Shown here: one piece after another, positions 49,880 through 64,000 of the stretch
Layout of the letters: each line of letters starts with the position of its first letter
How positions within the stretch are numbered: position 1 is the first letter of the stretch
Assembly: GCA_016748015.1 (NCBI GenBank)
Contig: JAAOMT010000480.1
Coordinates: 496,001 to 560,000, forward strand
Reading direction: 5' to 3'
Length of the DNA: 64,000 bases
DNA from: Geosiphon pyriformis uo1
Taxonomy: Eukaryota > Fungi > Glomeromycota
Translations under genes and position numbers: made by a program
Notes under the pieces: model-generated
Databases searched by the model: none
What the model was told of the DNA's origin: nothing
Seen by the model: only the letters and a program-made list of their open reading frames with translations

Positions 49880-51099
49880 ATATTAATAAACTGGCCAATT
49901 TGGTTTTGTATTCAAATTTGATGCTTCTTATTATTATTAATAAGAGATATATTAGGACTAGTAGAGTGGTAATATTTAAAAATGTTTATTATTTTACTCA
50001 TAAAATTTTTAGAGCTGTTTACTGTATGCACTAAAAAGTTGGGTCTGGATCTAATATTATTAATGTAAATATAATGAAAAATGTGAATTGAATTCAGATT
50101 TTTTCAATCTAACACTTTAATTTTCATATGACAGCTGGTTTCATAAGTAAGTCTACTGCTGGTTTACACTCATATTTCATAAAAACTCTATACCATTGCT
50201 TGCCAATTACTGTCTGTAAACATTTGTACAATAGAAAATATCCTAGTGTATTATGCTTTTATTGTGAAAAATAGAGACTTTTAATTATTTTTTTGTGTAT
50301 TTGATAAACTTTACTACTTGTATTAATTTGTTTGAGTTGTGTTTGATTCAGTAAAATGTTGTGTTAGATTTGTGTTTACTGTTGTCTTATATTTTGCAGA
50401 TGCTTTCTTTGTGTAATTTCAATAATGCTTTGTATATTGCCTTATATAAGAGTTTTGTGCTTAAAAAATAATGTTTAGAAACTGTATTTGATTTTAATAA
50501 TGCCAAAGTTGTTTATAAAAAGATTGTTGATTTGGTATAAAACTTAAAAATAGCTCACTATATTAGAACATGAATAATAAAAACTAAGTATAAAGCAATA
50601 ATAGAGAAAAAAAATCTGATTATATATAATAGTTCAATGCTTTTTGAAATAAGTAATTTGTTATTTCTGCTCTCTAATAATATTATTAAGTTGCTTAAAA
50701 TTGTAAAAACACATGGTATTAGTTTTGGTTTTCATAAACTTTGTAGTTTTTTCTTTAGTATTAATAGTGTAGTATCTGTTAAAATAGGTTTATAGTATTA
50801 CTCTAATTGATTCAAATGGCTGATTATGTATAAAAAATGCATAATTTGTGCTTAATTTAAATTACTTAGTTTAATGTATTGTACTAGGTAGCATTTGGGT
50901 TTTACTTATTAAATATATAAAAAAAATACATTTTTAATTATAAAATTTTTGTTAATAATAAGAATTATAACTTTAAAGCTAAATGTTAACTAATAATACT
51001 TTTTAAAAAAACTAAATTTAATAATTAAAATAAATAAAAGTTTAACTTTGTTAAAAATATATTATATTTAAGATAATATATTTTTAATATATTATTATT

Positions 51100-52750
51100 T
51101 ATCAAAAAAAACATAAAATCAAATTTGGAAAATAAAAACAAAAAAAACTTTATTAATTATATTAATTTATAATTCATAGTATAATTGAAATATTTTACAA
51201 AAATAAAAATAAAAATTAAACCAAAAAAAACATAAATTAAAATATTTAAAAAAACTTTTATTTTTATTTTTAAAAATATTAAAAAAAATCTAAATAGTTT
51301 TTAATTTTAGACTTGACTAATAGAAATTAACAAGTAAAAATAAATTATAAAAATTATAAAAAGACAGTTTTTACTATTTTAAAAAATTACCAATTCAAAA
51401 TTAGACTTTTTGGTTTAACTAATATATTAACAATATTTTAATATTTAATAAATATTATATATTTAAAATTTTTGTGAACATTAGTAGTTGTTTTAAATAA
51501 TATTAACATTAATTCTCCAATTTTTAAAACTTATTTTAATAATTATTAAGAGCTAAATTGAAATAAAATATTTTAAAAATGTTATTTTAAAAAAATTTTA
51601 AGCATTATATATTTATTTATTAACCAAATAGAATTAACTTTATTCTGAAAAAATTGACAAAGTACATAATTTTCTAGTTTTCTAAAATATTATTAAACTT
51701 AAAAAATTTATTAATATTAAATTTTTTAATTATTTATTTAACAAAAATATTTAAAACAAATAAATTCAAAACAACAAACTGTTATAATTTTTATCTATAT
51801 TGGTTTTAATAAATAATCTTATTATTAAGTTATTTAAGTTTTGAATCATTTTTAACAATATTTACTTATAAAATTAATATTATTATTGATAATATTATAT
51901 TTAAATGGCTTATTAACAACTAAAATTAACCCAAAAAAATTTGATAAAATGAATTCTTTTTAAATTACAATTACTTTGTTTATTATAAATCAGAAAAATT
52001 ACACTTAATATTTACAGTTTTTTAGAAATTAGCTTCAATTAAATTAACATTAATAGATTTAAAAACATATAAAAATATTAAAAATGATTTAAAAATACTT
52101 ATTATATTAGTAAAATATCTTTAAATAAAAAACATTTTTTCAACAAACAATTAAAGCAATATTTTGTGTCAAATAATCTATTTAAAATAATTTAAAAACT
52201 CGAAAAAAAACAATCTTTTATATTATGTATTTAAATTTTATTTTAAAAAAGACAGCACTATTTAAAAACTTTAAAACATTATTTTTGGTTTTACATATAA
52301 GCAAAATAAATAATATGTTGACTTTTACTATAGTTATTACAAAAACAAAATTAACAAATCTTTAAATTTAATTAAATTTGGACAACTATTTAATAAATTA
52401 AAATCAATCTAATTTGATTTTATTTATTACAACAAAAAATTATACTATTATAATAACTGTAATTTATTTTACAAAATAACCAAAAACCAAAATTATTTAA
52501 AAAACAAAGCCAAAATTTGTAGTAAATTTTAACTACAATAAATTGTGTTCAAATATATGAAATTAATTAGACTATTTTCTAATCAAAAAGCTAATTATAA
52601 ATAATTTAACATCAAAAAATTTTTATTTTAAACAAATAAACTTGTAAAACATTAAAATAAGTTATTATTAAGTTTATGTTATTTATTTTGATATATTATT
52701 ACAATTTAAAATAATGTATTAAAACACTAATAAATAGCAAAAAATAGTTA
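51100..52750 (+). mobile_element. Ancient, extremely AT-shifted Ty3/gypsy pol fossil
   Basis: 51310-51450 reads as decayed DL...WQV...KT.FT....YQF...FGL.N..T.Q RT. The extent beyond this stretch is approximate. Confidence 0.55.
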
Positions 52751-53699
52751 TTGTATAATAATAATAATAATAATTAAAATATTTTTTAATTAAAAATAAA
52801 TAAATAAGTATATTTATTAATGTAATCAATTTTATATAAATTATAGTTGTTATCTTTTAAAAAAAATTAAAAAATTAAAAATAATATATTTATTAAATTT
52901 TAATATAGTTATTATTATTATAAAAACTTAAAATTTTTAATTATAATTTTATAATTAAACTAGTATTTTTTTTGGTATTAACTAAATAAATAAAAAAGTC
53001 AAAACTATCTTTTTTTTTATGTAAAATAGATAAATTTTAATTTATTAAAATACCAAAAAACAGTATTTTTTTAGTATTTTTAAAATAATACTTTTAATTC
53101 AAAACTTTTTTTTTTTATAAAAATAAAATTTTAGTTTTTTGGTGTTTTTATTAACTTTAATACAATAATATTAATTATAGTATTTGATTTTTTTCTAATT
53201 ATAAAGAATAATTTATTTTTTATTTTAAATAATAACAATAATAACATATTTATTAAAGTTAATAAAAATTAATATTTGATTATATTGCTTAATATAATAA
53301 ATTTTAATTGATTTTTATTGATTTAAATTTAATTTTTAAAAACAAAATGATTTATTTATTTTTTATATTTACAATTAAACAATATTTTTATTATAATATT
53401 ATTTATATTAAGTTAAAATTCCTTTTTAAATACTTTTTTAATTATTTTATTATTAAATAATTTTGTTATTAATAGAATATTAACAATAAATTAAAAATTA
53501 TTAATTAATTTTTTTAATTTATTTTTTATTTTTTTTCTATTATTTTTAATTTACTTATTCTGTTTTTATTTAATTTAATATTTATTTTTATATTTAATAA
53601 AATTAATTTTAATTTATAAAATATAATTGAATACTATATTTTTTTATTAATAAGTAAAATTTAATCATATTATATATAAAATAAAATTTTTTTTTTGTC

Positions 53700-56600
53700 A
53701 ATCCCCTAACCACAATGAGAGTAAAAATTTTTTTGGAAAAGTTGCTTTTTATTTTTTTTTTCTTTTGTTTTCCTAAGTTATTTTATCTAATACACTTTTT
53801 TTTGTCATAATAAAACAGATGAGCTTATTTGCTGGTGGTTTTGGTTTGGTTTTGGCTAGGTTGGGAATCCAGTTTGATAATAAAAAAAAGCATGTGTTGA
53901 GAATATCTACTTTCACAATTTCTTATTCAAAAAAACAAAAAAGTCTAAGATTTCTAGTGTTATGATGGATTCATTAACTGGATCTTTGTCTATTGATATG
54001 TTGTAAGCTACTAATATTAAGTGTACTAAATCTTGGGGCAGTAAAATAGACAACAAAAAAAACAGTGTTAGTAAGGTATTAAATGTAGAGAACATAAAAA
54101 ACACAATTGCTAAAGAAATAATCTATATTGACTCCAACATTTCTAAGATAGACAACATGATGGATAACACTACTCCAAAAAAGATACATACAGGAATTTA
54201 TGTATTGAGACAGCCACCAAAGATGCCTTTTTTCAATATCTTGAATGACAATAGTGCTGAATTAGTGCTCTCAGCACCTAAGTTTTCTGGATCTTATAAG
54301 CTATTATTAACTGAATTAAAAAATAAGAAAGTTAGAAGTTTTAATTCTGTTAAATCATTCGCATTAGATATTAAACTGTCGACAATACTTGGAAAAACTA
54401 ATAGTGATAAATTAATTGCAATCAAAAAAATTTTCTATTGAGTTGATGGTTTTGGAAGGGCTTCTACTTCCTCAAAATTTCTAGGAATTATTAGGTCATC
54501 TTTTACATCTGAATTTAGTTTGAATAAGACAAAGGAATTGGCAATTAGTAAGAAAATTTTTGTTAATATTGATTTTAAGAATATAAACAACCATTCAGAT
54601 TGGGAAGTGATAATTAAGAAGATTTTTGTTAATCTTCCAAAATCAACTGTAGAGTCAGTATTTTTTAAGTTTGGTAAGATTGTATTAATTAAAATACAAC
54701 TGATTGGTTTATGGCAAAAAACTTTGGTAGAATATAAATTATCTGAGATAGCTAATTTGGTCACAGCTAAATGGTTTGTTTTTATAGAAAAAGATTCTGT
54801 TTGTGTGGCAAAAGCTATTAATAACAAACAAACATAAATGTTTAAAAACCAGTATTGGGCTTTATTATACACACTTTCAGTTGGCACTATTGCTTATGAC
54901 CTATCTGATTTATTGGTTTTTTATAATAGAAAAACTTGTGTCATTGGCTATAATCCAAATTCATATGTGCATGATAGGTGTGCTATTATGTGTTTTGAAA
55001 ATAAGGCATTCAAATTAGCTGCTATTGACTCTACTTCAGTGTTTAAGGGTGTAAATTTGTGTTGAGCTGGTCTCTCTTTGACTTGTTGTACTCAGTGTAA
55101 ACAATTTGGTCATATTTTTGTTAATTGTGTAGTAAGTAGAAATTCTGGTAGTCATAATAAACAGATGGTAACTTCTCAAAATTGTGTCTATTTGGCCAAC
55201 ATTTATAAAAAGAAGCAGGCACTTATTGCTTGTTTGGTTTTTTTTGGTAACAAAACTTGGGCCCAGATTGTTGGTGGTTTTTTCTTTCATATGTTTTCAT
55301 TAAATTTTTTCAGTACTGATTTGTCTTTGGGTGTAAAACTCATCTTAATGGTTTTTAATTCTTATAGTGATTCCTGTTTGATTGATTGTTTGGCTTCTTT
55401 GGAATGCTCTTTGAAGCTTTTGGCAGATTAGGTTTCTGTTATTTTAAAAAAATTGAGCTTTATAGAAATAATGCCACTGGCATTCATATTTCATGTCTTT
55501 CCTTTGGTTGCTCTGGCACTTTTGGCTTCTAATTTGAGTTTGTCTGTTTTTCTTACTTTTTAATAAGTAATTTTGTGTAAAAAATTACTATGTGTAATGT
55601 TTGCAGTATCAATGTCTTTGCCAAATAAGAGAACATTATTTGTTGACATTGTTACAGATGATTATTTGGGGTCTCAAATTAAATAACAAACCCATAACTT
55701 GATACTCAATTAATATAATTGGTATTGGTATCTCTAAAGGTGTTGTTTTATTTGAAGATTTGGTAGATCTGAAAGTTTTGTTGTAGAGTTCTTTGTATAA
55801 TAGACAGAGATTCAGTAATGATAGTAGTAGTTTTCCTGGAATTGCAATTATGCTCAATTTCTTTTTCAGCTTAGCAGCCAGATTTATTCTGGCAGTCATG
55901 CTCTTCTGGTAAGCTATCTGTTAATATATATAATTCTACCCTTATTTCTAGGTCTTTTACCAGCTATCCTTGATGTCAATAACTCAGCACTTAATTCTTT
56001 TAATCAATTAATAAACAACAAAAGAAAATAAAATAAAAAAAATAAAAGAAAATAAAGAAATAAAGAAAATAAAATAAGAAATAAGTGTCTTGTCAATAGC
56101 CATAATCAAGAGCTATTGTGCCAACAGGTTAAGTAGTGGATAATAATATTAATATAGAAGTGATTTCACTTTAAGTTATAGTATTCTATCTTTTGAAGAA
56201 AGGATATTTAATAATTATGACCTGCAAGTCTAATTAACTCTAACAGTCCTACTGACTTTCAGTCTTCTTAACTTTGAGCCTCCTTCTCTTTTTTTCTAGC
56301 TTCTGATACTACTGCTATATATACATAATTGATGTTTTATAAGATTGCTCACATTCTCAAGCAATGTGCTATGATTTCTTAAGCAATGCTTACATTGTTG
56401 AGCAATATGTCATGCTTTCTGTTATTGCTCCACATTGCTGAAAAATGTGCCATAATTTTTGTTATTGCTCTACATTGCTGAGCAATGTGCTTACATGCTA
56501 AATACTATTTACTTATTGATCTACTATTTTCTCTATATCTGTTTTTTTTTTATAAGTAACAGCATAGAAATTTTGGGAATTTGGTATCAATAGTTACAGA

Positions 56601-58732
56601 GACAAAGTTAAGATCTAACAGTAGATCATAGATTAAGAATAAGTTTAATGAGATTAGGGTTTTTTTATCTGGGTTGAATAAGAGGTTTCTTGGTGCTGGA
56701 GTAGCAATTATTATAAACAATTCTCTAGCTTATTATGTATATAAGGTTTTTAAAGTGCCTGAACAGCTCTTTTCTGTTAAGTTGCTTTTCAAATATAAGC
56801 TTTCTGTGTTAATATTGGGTCTCTATGCTGGTGTTTTTCTAGCAGTTTGTTTTTTTCAAGCTGGCAAGATCAACTTTTTGATTGCAAAAGCTATAAATCA
56901 ATCTTCTTTTATTATCCTGGGTAAAAATTTTAATGAAGATAGTTCTCATAAATATGTCAGTTTCAAAAAATGTCTTAGTTTAGGGTTGGTTAATTTTCTG
57001 TTGGAAAGTTTGGTTGCAAAGAGTTCTACATAGAAAAATTCAAAAGGTGCTAAAAAGATGATAAACTATGTGTTTATTTTTTCAAGTTTGGTCAATACAG
57101 TTGTGAGTTGTAATGTTTTGGATGTTAGTGAACACTTTGACACTAATCACCATACTGTTTCTGTATCTGTAAATTTGAGTAGACTTTTAAATATGCAGCT
57201 AAACTCTCTTTGCAAACAAGCAAATAGAGATTATTGAAAATTTGATGTTAAAAATGCTGATAAGGTAAAGTAGTACAGGTACAAGAAGTTTACAGTAGTA
57301 AATACAGCAATATTCTTCAGTGAGTTTTTTGTGGATAAAAGATTTAAGAATCTGGATGCTATGTGAAATGCTGTTCACAAAGTAATATGTCTTTCAGCAA
57401 ATAAGATTTTCAAAAAAAAATAGTTTGAGAACTTTGATGGCATTTTTATCAGAAAGTCTTCTAAGTTTCATAAGTTGGAAATTTTAGTGTCAAGAATAGT
57501 CAAGTTCTTACATAAAGATGTTGGTGGTATATTTAAGTCTTTAATAAGTTAATGAACATCTCTGGACATTGATATAGTGTCACCTGTTCAAACTTTGTTG
57601 AATTCTGGTGTGGATTTTGATCAAGTATGTTCAGTTCTTTTTAATGTATGTAAATCATATTATGTCTCTAAGCTTGCTGAGTCTTTGCAAACTAAGAAGT
57701 TAAGAATTAAGTTGGCTATTTATAAATCAATAAAGAATTTTGCAGTTAATAAAGATCACACAATTAGGAGCATGCTGGAGCATTTTTTCCAGAAAATGGT
57801 TTTGGACTATTTAGTTATTAAGAATAAACTGATTTTGGAATCTAATCCGATTAAAATCAAGATAGATGAGATTATGAAGAGCTGGACTAAAAAGTATAAG
57901 ATGGTGGTGGATTTCTCTGATAATTAGTCTCATCAATACTGGCCTTTAGAGTATGTTTTTGATGATGTCTTTTTAGATGTAATGTGTTCAGTTAGTTTCA
58001 ATGAGTTGCTTAATGTGGTTTTTAATCTGCTTAATGATAAAGCTGCTGGTTTTTTTGGAGTCTCAAATAAGCTCTAAAAGCATTGTAATAAGTTAGTCTT
58101 GGATATGCTTTTGGTGCTTTTAAATTCTTATTTGTCTTGCAAAGCAGTGCCTAATACTTGAAAAGAAGCTTGAATCTCAATAATTCCCAAGCCATATAAG
58201 TGGAAGGGATTTTTTACAAATATCCAATCTATTGCATTAATTGAGACTGCTCACAAAATTCTCTCCAAGATCTTCTTGGACAAAATTTCTTTGGCATGCA
58301 GTATTTTTGATGTTTTATGTGGGGACAATTTCTTTGTTTTAAAAGATATAACAATGCAATCTCCCATTTTTGCTATTGGTTCAGTTATTAAGGACACTTT
58401 GGAGAAGAATTGTAAACTCTGGCTGGTTTTGCAGAATATGCAAAAGGCCTATGATTCTGTTGGATAAGAGTATCTTAAAAAAAGCTTGCTTAAGATAAAA
58501 ATGTGTGACAAATTCATTAGATTTTTTGGTAGCATTTACAATAATTTTTTAGCAAAGTTATGACTGATTTTGAATTGACAAATGGGTATTGAGTGCATGA
58601 TAGTTTGAATCAAGGAAAAGTGTTTTTATCTCTTCTTTAGTGCATATTCTATGATCTTTTTTTATGTAAAGTTAAAAGACAAAAAAGTGTGTGTGGATAT
58701 AAATTGAATTCTTATTTTATTACCAAAACTGG
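53700..58732 (+). mobile_element. LINE 2 (decayed): ORF1 ~53810-55560, ORF2 EN and RT 5' part; interrupted by a solo LTR and by element A2
   Basis: ORF1 has an RRM-like VIIKKIFVNLPKSTVESVFFKFGKIV and a CTQCKQFGHIFVNC knuckle. EN motifs GAGVAIII and ILGKNFNE; RT motifs IALIETAHKILSKI and LQNMQKAYDSVG. Confidence 0.88.
55650..56561 (-). mobile_element. Solo LTR of family B type, reverse orientation, in the LINE 2 endonuclease; TSD ACAT/GCAT
   Basis: TGTTAC...GTAACA ends; highly similar to 30265-30960 over its 3' portion; U3 carries acattgctgagcaatgt repeats like the B LTRs. Confidence 0.9.
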
Positions 58733-59377
58733 TGTTACTCGAGTAGAAAAACCAATCCAAAGTTATGAAAAAATGTGACCAAAATGTGACATAACACAGA
58801 ATAATGTGCAATAACATTGGATAACACATTATAACATAGAATAACATGTTATAATGCAGGATAACACAAAATAGCACGCAATAATGTAGGATAACATATT
58901 ATAACGCAGGATAACACAGAATAACATGTAATAATGTCAGATAATGTGTTATAACATAGGATAACTAGCAATAATGTAGAAAAACAAAGCAATAACAGAA
59001 ACAACAAAGCAATAGCTAGTGATAACGAAACAATTGAAAGCAATCCTGTAAAACCAAAAGAATGTATAAAAGCAAATAGTTGTAGAAGTGAGAAAAGACA
59101 AACAGATAGATATGAACTTTTAGACAAAAATTAAAATATCTATACCCCTTCATCCTTTATTATCTTCCCTCTTTCATCTCCTGAAATAAACCAATTATTA
59201 AAGAAATCAGAATCACAAATTTATGTTCTCGAATTTCATAGAATTTACATGAATTAACCCTTGTCTCATATCTCTATTCTAGGACAGATGCTCTTAGCAT
59301 AACTGCCTTGAACTTATTAATGATTTGGACCAATCGCTCTTGATCATGGCAATTGATGATACTAATTTATCTTTTCT

Positions 59378-59380
<3 letters not shown>

Positions 59381-59441
<61 letters not shown>

Positions 59442-59465
59442 TTTTTTTTTTTTTTTTTTTTTTTT

Positions 59466-59530
<65 letters not shown>

Positions 59531-59544
59531 TTTTTTTTTTGTTT

Positions 59545-59609
<65 letters not shown>

Positions 59610-59615
59610 CTTTTT
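59381..59615. repeat. Long poly-T tract within the A2 LTR (possibly inflated by assembly)
   Basis: The equivalent tract in the A1 LTR is much shorter. Confidence 0.85.
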
Positions 59616-62600
59616 CTGTCTTATTTTTGTGAAGTGGCAACATAGTAAAATTGACTGTCTGGAAATAGACTTTATAATAGCCTGGTAAAAGAGAGAAGCT
59701 TCTCCTAAGTTTTGGATATTAACTTTATCTTGTTAGCTTACCAGAAGGGTAAAAAGACAATGCCAGACCCTAATGACTGTGCTCGTTAGCTCGGAGAAGA
59801 GAGCTCACATTTACAAAAAACATTGCAATCAATGAAAGACAAACTCTGTGCCTTATAACCAAAGAACTCGACGGGTAAATTCACATCCAGGAATAGACCT
59901 TCAGAGACTAATAATCAAGACTAAGCCAACAAAATTACATGGAAGATGTGTCATCAATAATTGAGAGCACCAAACATTATCATTTCCCATACCCATCAAG
60001 TTTACCCGTAACAGTTGGTGTTCTCTGTGAGATTATAAATCCACAGAGACAGAGCACCCCCAAAAATACATAAAAGTGGCGACTATTAGAACAATAGGAA
60101 AGAACTACTCCTCATATGAAAAAGCACTATTTCAATACTTTCGAAAAGACTTAGGAATACCAGTAGAAACTGCTTACGCAAAAAGTGATTTTTGTAATTA
60201 TATTAACACAAAAATTGACTGCTTGTTAGGCTGCGCAACTGATACAGGAAGACTTAGAGAACAAATCTATCAAAGCTTACTAGAGTACTCAACAGCCATA
60301 ACTACCCAAGCAATCACTGAAACTCTGCACATAATCAATACAGACATTAAATATTACGTGGCACAACAATTCCCTCAAGTACAACAACCAGTGGAATCTG
60401 ACTCTGAAGAATACAAAAACAAATCTAACAACTCCATAACTGCCCAAGCCAAGTCCACAGTCAACAAGAAACCAAGGGTTCTCTCCCTAACAATTCCATC
60501 ATACTATTAGACATCTCAAAGTAGAATTGTATTCAACCCACCCCTGAAAACCCAGTCAGAAACACCACGAACTCCTGGAAATCTACACCCTTGGAATCAA
60601 CACAGTTGGACCAAATCACTAGGAGAATACAAATTGCTGTTTGGAAATCTTACCCCAGTGGCCAGTCAAACAGAAGGAAACCTGTCAACTTGGGAACAAC
60701 CACCAGCACAAAATCTAGCAGAATCAGCATCTCCCCTGATGGAAGAAACAGCTATCTTACAACTTATTGGTTCAAGCGACAAAAGAAAGCAACCAGTATT
60801 AACACCCAGAGAACACTCGAATACGCGGACACCAATCCCTTTAAACATAACCAGTAACACTCTACCCATTAACTGGATCATGGCTTATCGGGATATTGCT
60901 AAATTGGAAAAATTCTTTAGTGAAGAAGATAATGCATATTCTTGGATCACGGATGCCAAGAAAGCAATTACCACTAACAGTTGGAACAATGACCACACAA
61001 TTCAAGCACTGCCATTCTTTCTGACCAGAACTGCCAATTCATAATACCAGAGCCTGACAGGGAAGCCTACCTCCTTCACCGAGCTTAAACTCGCATTTCT
61101 GCAATACTTCTGTGACCCCAATACGTTAATCTGATTGCAGAATCAATTCAGCATAATTAAACAAAAAGATCATGAAGCAGTAACTACTTATCTCAGACAA
61201 TTCAATCAAATCCTGCATCAAATATTAGCTATTGAAAAGAACTACTACACCGCGGTGCAAGTTCTTAATCAATTCATTAAAAAATTGCGGAGTAGTATTC
61301 TAAGATCCATAAGACCCTGTTATCTGACCAGTTTACAAGATGCCATTGCTCTCGCTCGCAATTTTGAGTCTGCAGAACAAGAAGCAAATCATACTCAAGC
61401 CGTTAATTTAGCCATTAATAGAACCTCTGATATCAATGCAAAGATAACCCAATTGAGTGAGAAACTAACTCAAAAAATTGAGAGATTCTTAGCCAGAACT
61501 ACAGGAACTTATCAACCACTCCAACAAAGAGAAAATAACAACAACAGCAGATATTCACAGCAACAGAACTGTCAGCAACAGCAACAACCTTGGAGATCCG
61601 ATCCCCACAACTGTTACTACTGCCAGAAACCTGGACACATTGCCTGTGACTACAGAAAGAAGATTATGAACCAAAATCAAGGAAACCCATACCAACAACC
61701 CAGATATCAGCAAAACATGGTACCCCAATATTCCATATCTCAGAATCAACCACCCTTATACGCACAACAAGTCCCATACACTCAACCACTGCCCCAAAAT
61801 TATTATTAACCACCACCAATGACACAAACAATCCTTCACTATCAAACTTCCTCTTACAGCCCGTCCAGATCTCGAGCTATAGACTATAATCAGGGATGGA
61901 GGAATCCCAACAACAATCAAGTGCAAACCAACAGTGGACCATCTTGACCAATCTCTTGTGGTCCTGCCCAATCTTGACCAACACCAACTGGATACCTGAA
62001 TCAAGCTTCCTATTTCAGTCTTATGGAAGACCAGAGTTTTGATAAATCTACACCTGTGGAAGGGGGGAATATAGAACAAATCTCCCAACCTTCCAAGCAA
62101 ACAAAAAGCAATATCCTACCAGCTACTATTATTGAAGACACCATTCTAGCTGCCATATTTCCTTTTGACATCAATAATTTAAACACCCATAACCTTTTTA
62201 GTAGAGCAGCTATCAATCAGGATAAACCAATAACAACCCTATACACTGATGCCAGAGTCAGAGGAATAGACATTAAATTAATCCTGGATAGTGGATCAGC
62301 CAGTAGCATAATTACGAAGCAGCTTATGGACTAACTAGGTTGCCGAGTAGACCATGCCACTACTGCTCGGATCATTACAGTGGATAGAAACACAAAAACC
62401 CCAATAGGAAAAATTGACAACTTCCCCTTCGAAATTAATAAAATCCAAATTCCTACCAAAGTACTCGTCATGGAAGCTACTCAATATTAAGCTTTAGTAG
62501 GAAACAATTGGTTGTCAAAAGCCAATGCTATTTTTGACTGGAACACCCAAGAACTTCAATTCATGTTCAACAAACAGCATGCCCAAGTCCCAGCTACGTG

Positions 62601-63614
62601 CGGACACTTTAAAACCCAACATACCAAGGAACCTCTTATTGAATTTGAAGACACATTAATGCCACCAACCATCAAGACCTATCAGGTTTTATGGGCAGAT
62701 GATTATTGAACTGAACTACTCCCACCACCAACCTGGAAAGAAAAAGGAAAAGGCAGAGCCAAAAAAAACCCCCAATCGTTATCACTAGAATATGTAACCT
62801 TGAACCAAAGAAACTTATTTTACCAACTTCTAAGACTAATATGTGTTAATTGTGGGAAAAAACTATCCACTATGGGTGCATGTATTGGGAACAATGAAAA
62901 ATGGCCCACCACTACCAAATACTATTGCAGATCTTGTTTACTGGAAAGATTTGGATGACCAAAATGACAAGGCAAGTGGGACAACATGCCGTGCCTCGCA
63001 TGTGGCAAAATTCTGCCAGATGAAGGACTTAGAATAATGTGTCTAGCAGAGAAGAAACATGCAACAAGGCTTGTCAATACATCATATTAATCAATGATTG
63101 GGTATGAAAGGGAACTCCCATCGAGGATGCTTGGAAATGAACACTCAACAGACTGGACGGTTATTCACATGATGACCACAAAATCTGGAGAATGGCAAGC
63201 GCCAAGACCGAAGGCCCCACGCCCGAAGAAATACGAGAAATCAAGAACAACTCTTAGATGCCCAAATATAATGGACCTGACTATTCCGAGGATGATTTCT
63301 TCACAGATGACCGAGATGCATTTCAGAACCAATATCAGGAATTGGCCCCAACTCACGAAAAACAGAAACAAAAGTTGGCCAATTTAAATACCAAACTGTG
63401 TGATTACTGTTTGATCCCCTGTCACTTCCAGTACTGCGATGAATGTGATCTCATGTTCAATCTGCTTCCAAGAATACTGTTTCCAATCACTGAACTACCT
63501 GAGCCTAAAGAAAAGGTATTGATTACTGAGGACATGTTGTTTCAAGATCCAACTGAAAATACCAAAACAGAACAGTATCTCGTGTATCCTGACCTATTCA
63601 AAGAACTAGAGCTA

Positions 63615-64000
63615 AAATGGTACAGTGACAATAAAGAAGAAATCTGCTCCAAAAGAGTGCATGACACCAATGCTGGTTTTGACTTACAATACTCTGGACA
63701 ATCACCCATCATTATAGTCCCACATTCCTTCGTAAAAATAGATCTTAAGATAGCATTAGAAATTCTTGTTAGTACAATGGTACAAGTTGCCTCTTGATCT
63801 AGTCTAGCCAAGAAAGGAATCAACATAAAAAAAGGAATCATCGATGCCAGTTACATGGGAAACATCATCATGATGCTACAAAACAATTTAGACAGACCCT
63901 ACAAAATAGAATCACAAAAAAGATTGCCCAAGCTATCTTCCTACCCCTAGTCAAAATACCCCAATTAATCCTGGTAACAACCCAAGAAGAGTTAGGCCTC
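63615..64000 (+). pseudogene. dut: dUTPase domain within family A pol
   Basis: NAGFDL, IDLKIALEI, S*SSLAKKG, GIIDASYMGNI and IAQAIF, matching dUTPase motifs 1-4. Confidence 0.88.

Larger units (their letters stand above)
38808..50927 (+). mobile_element. LINE 1 (decayed ORF2: end of EN, RT, RNase H, C-terminal Cys/His finger, 3' UTR and A-tail), interrupted by element C at 42203-49879
   Basis: Colinear with LINE 2 ORF2. RNase H motifs IYINGSL, VYLDN and KVKKHLGVLGNE|..NKLA are split by the insertion. YPSVLC.YC finger near 50240; A-run at 50919-50927. Confidence 0.88.
58733..64000 (+). mobile_element. Ty3/gypsy family A copy 2 (less decayed): 5' LTR 58733-60013, PBS 60016, gag-PR-Cys-rich-dUTPase; runs off the window
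   Basis: TGTTAC...GTAACA LTR; ORFs 60076, 60634, 61135, 62023 and 62512 are all in one frame; CYYCQKPGHIA knuckle; IKLILDSGSA protease. Confidence 0.95.

Noticed and set aside
59325-59688. Poly-Phe/poly-Lys ORFs
   Set aside because: Translation of the poly-T tract in an LTR.
63615-64000. Host or DNA-virus dUTPase gene
   Set aside because: Embedded in the gypsy pol downstream of the protease, at the same position as in family B.

Overview
AT-rich eukaryotic (fungal) genomic window. Gene families, intron style and TE types point to Glomeromycota/Mucoromycota, resembling Geosiphon; this is inferred, not proven. The left ~22 kb is a sparse gene island containing: a probable Pho4/NUC-1-type bHLH factor running off the left edge; an 11-exon membrane protein with a large ectodomain; a 43-aa ORF missed by the ORF track that ends in a CaaX box and resembles an a-factor lipopeptide pheromone precursor; a possible poly-His micro-gene; and a Zn2Cys6 factor. 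The right ~40 kb is a nest of decayed retroelements. It holds three Ty3/gypsy families (A and B encode dUTPase; C is nearly full length, with a UUUAAAC -1 frameshift and an extra 3' ORF) plus solo LTRs, inserted into RNase H-bearing LINEs or into one another. The repeats show near-pure C>T/G>A decay. One N gap lies at 1804-2100.
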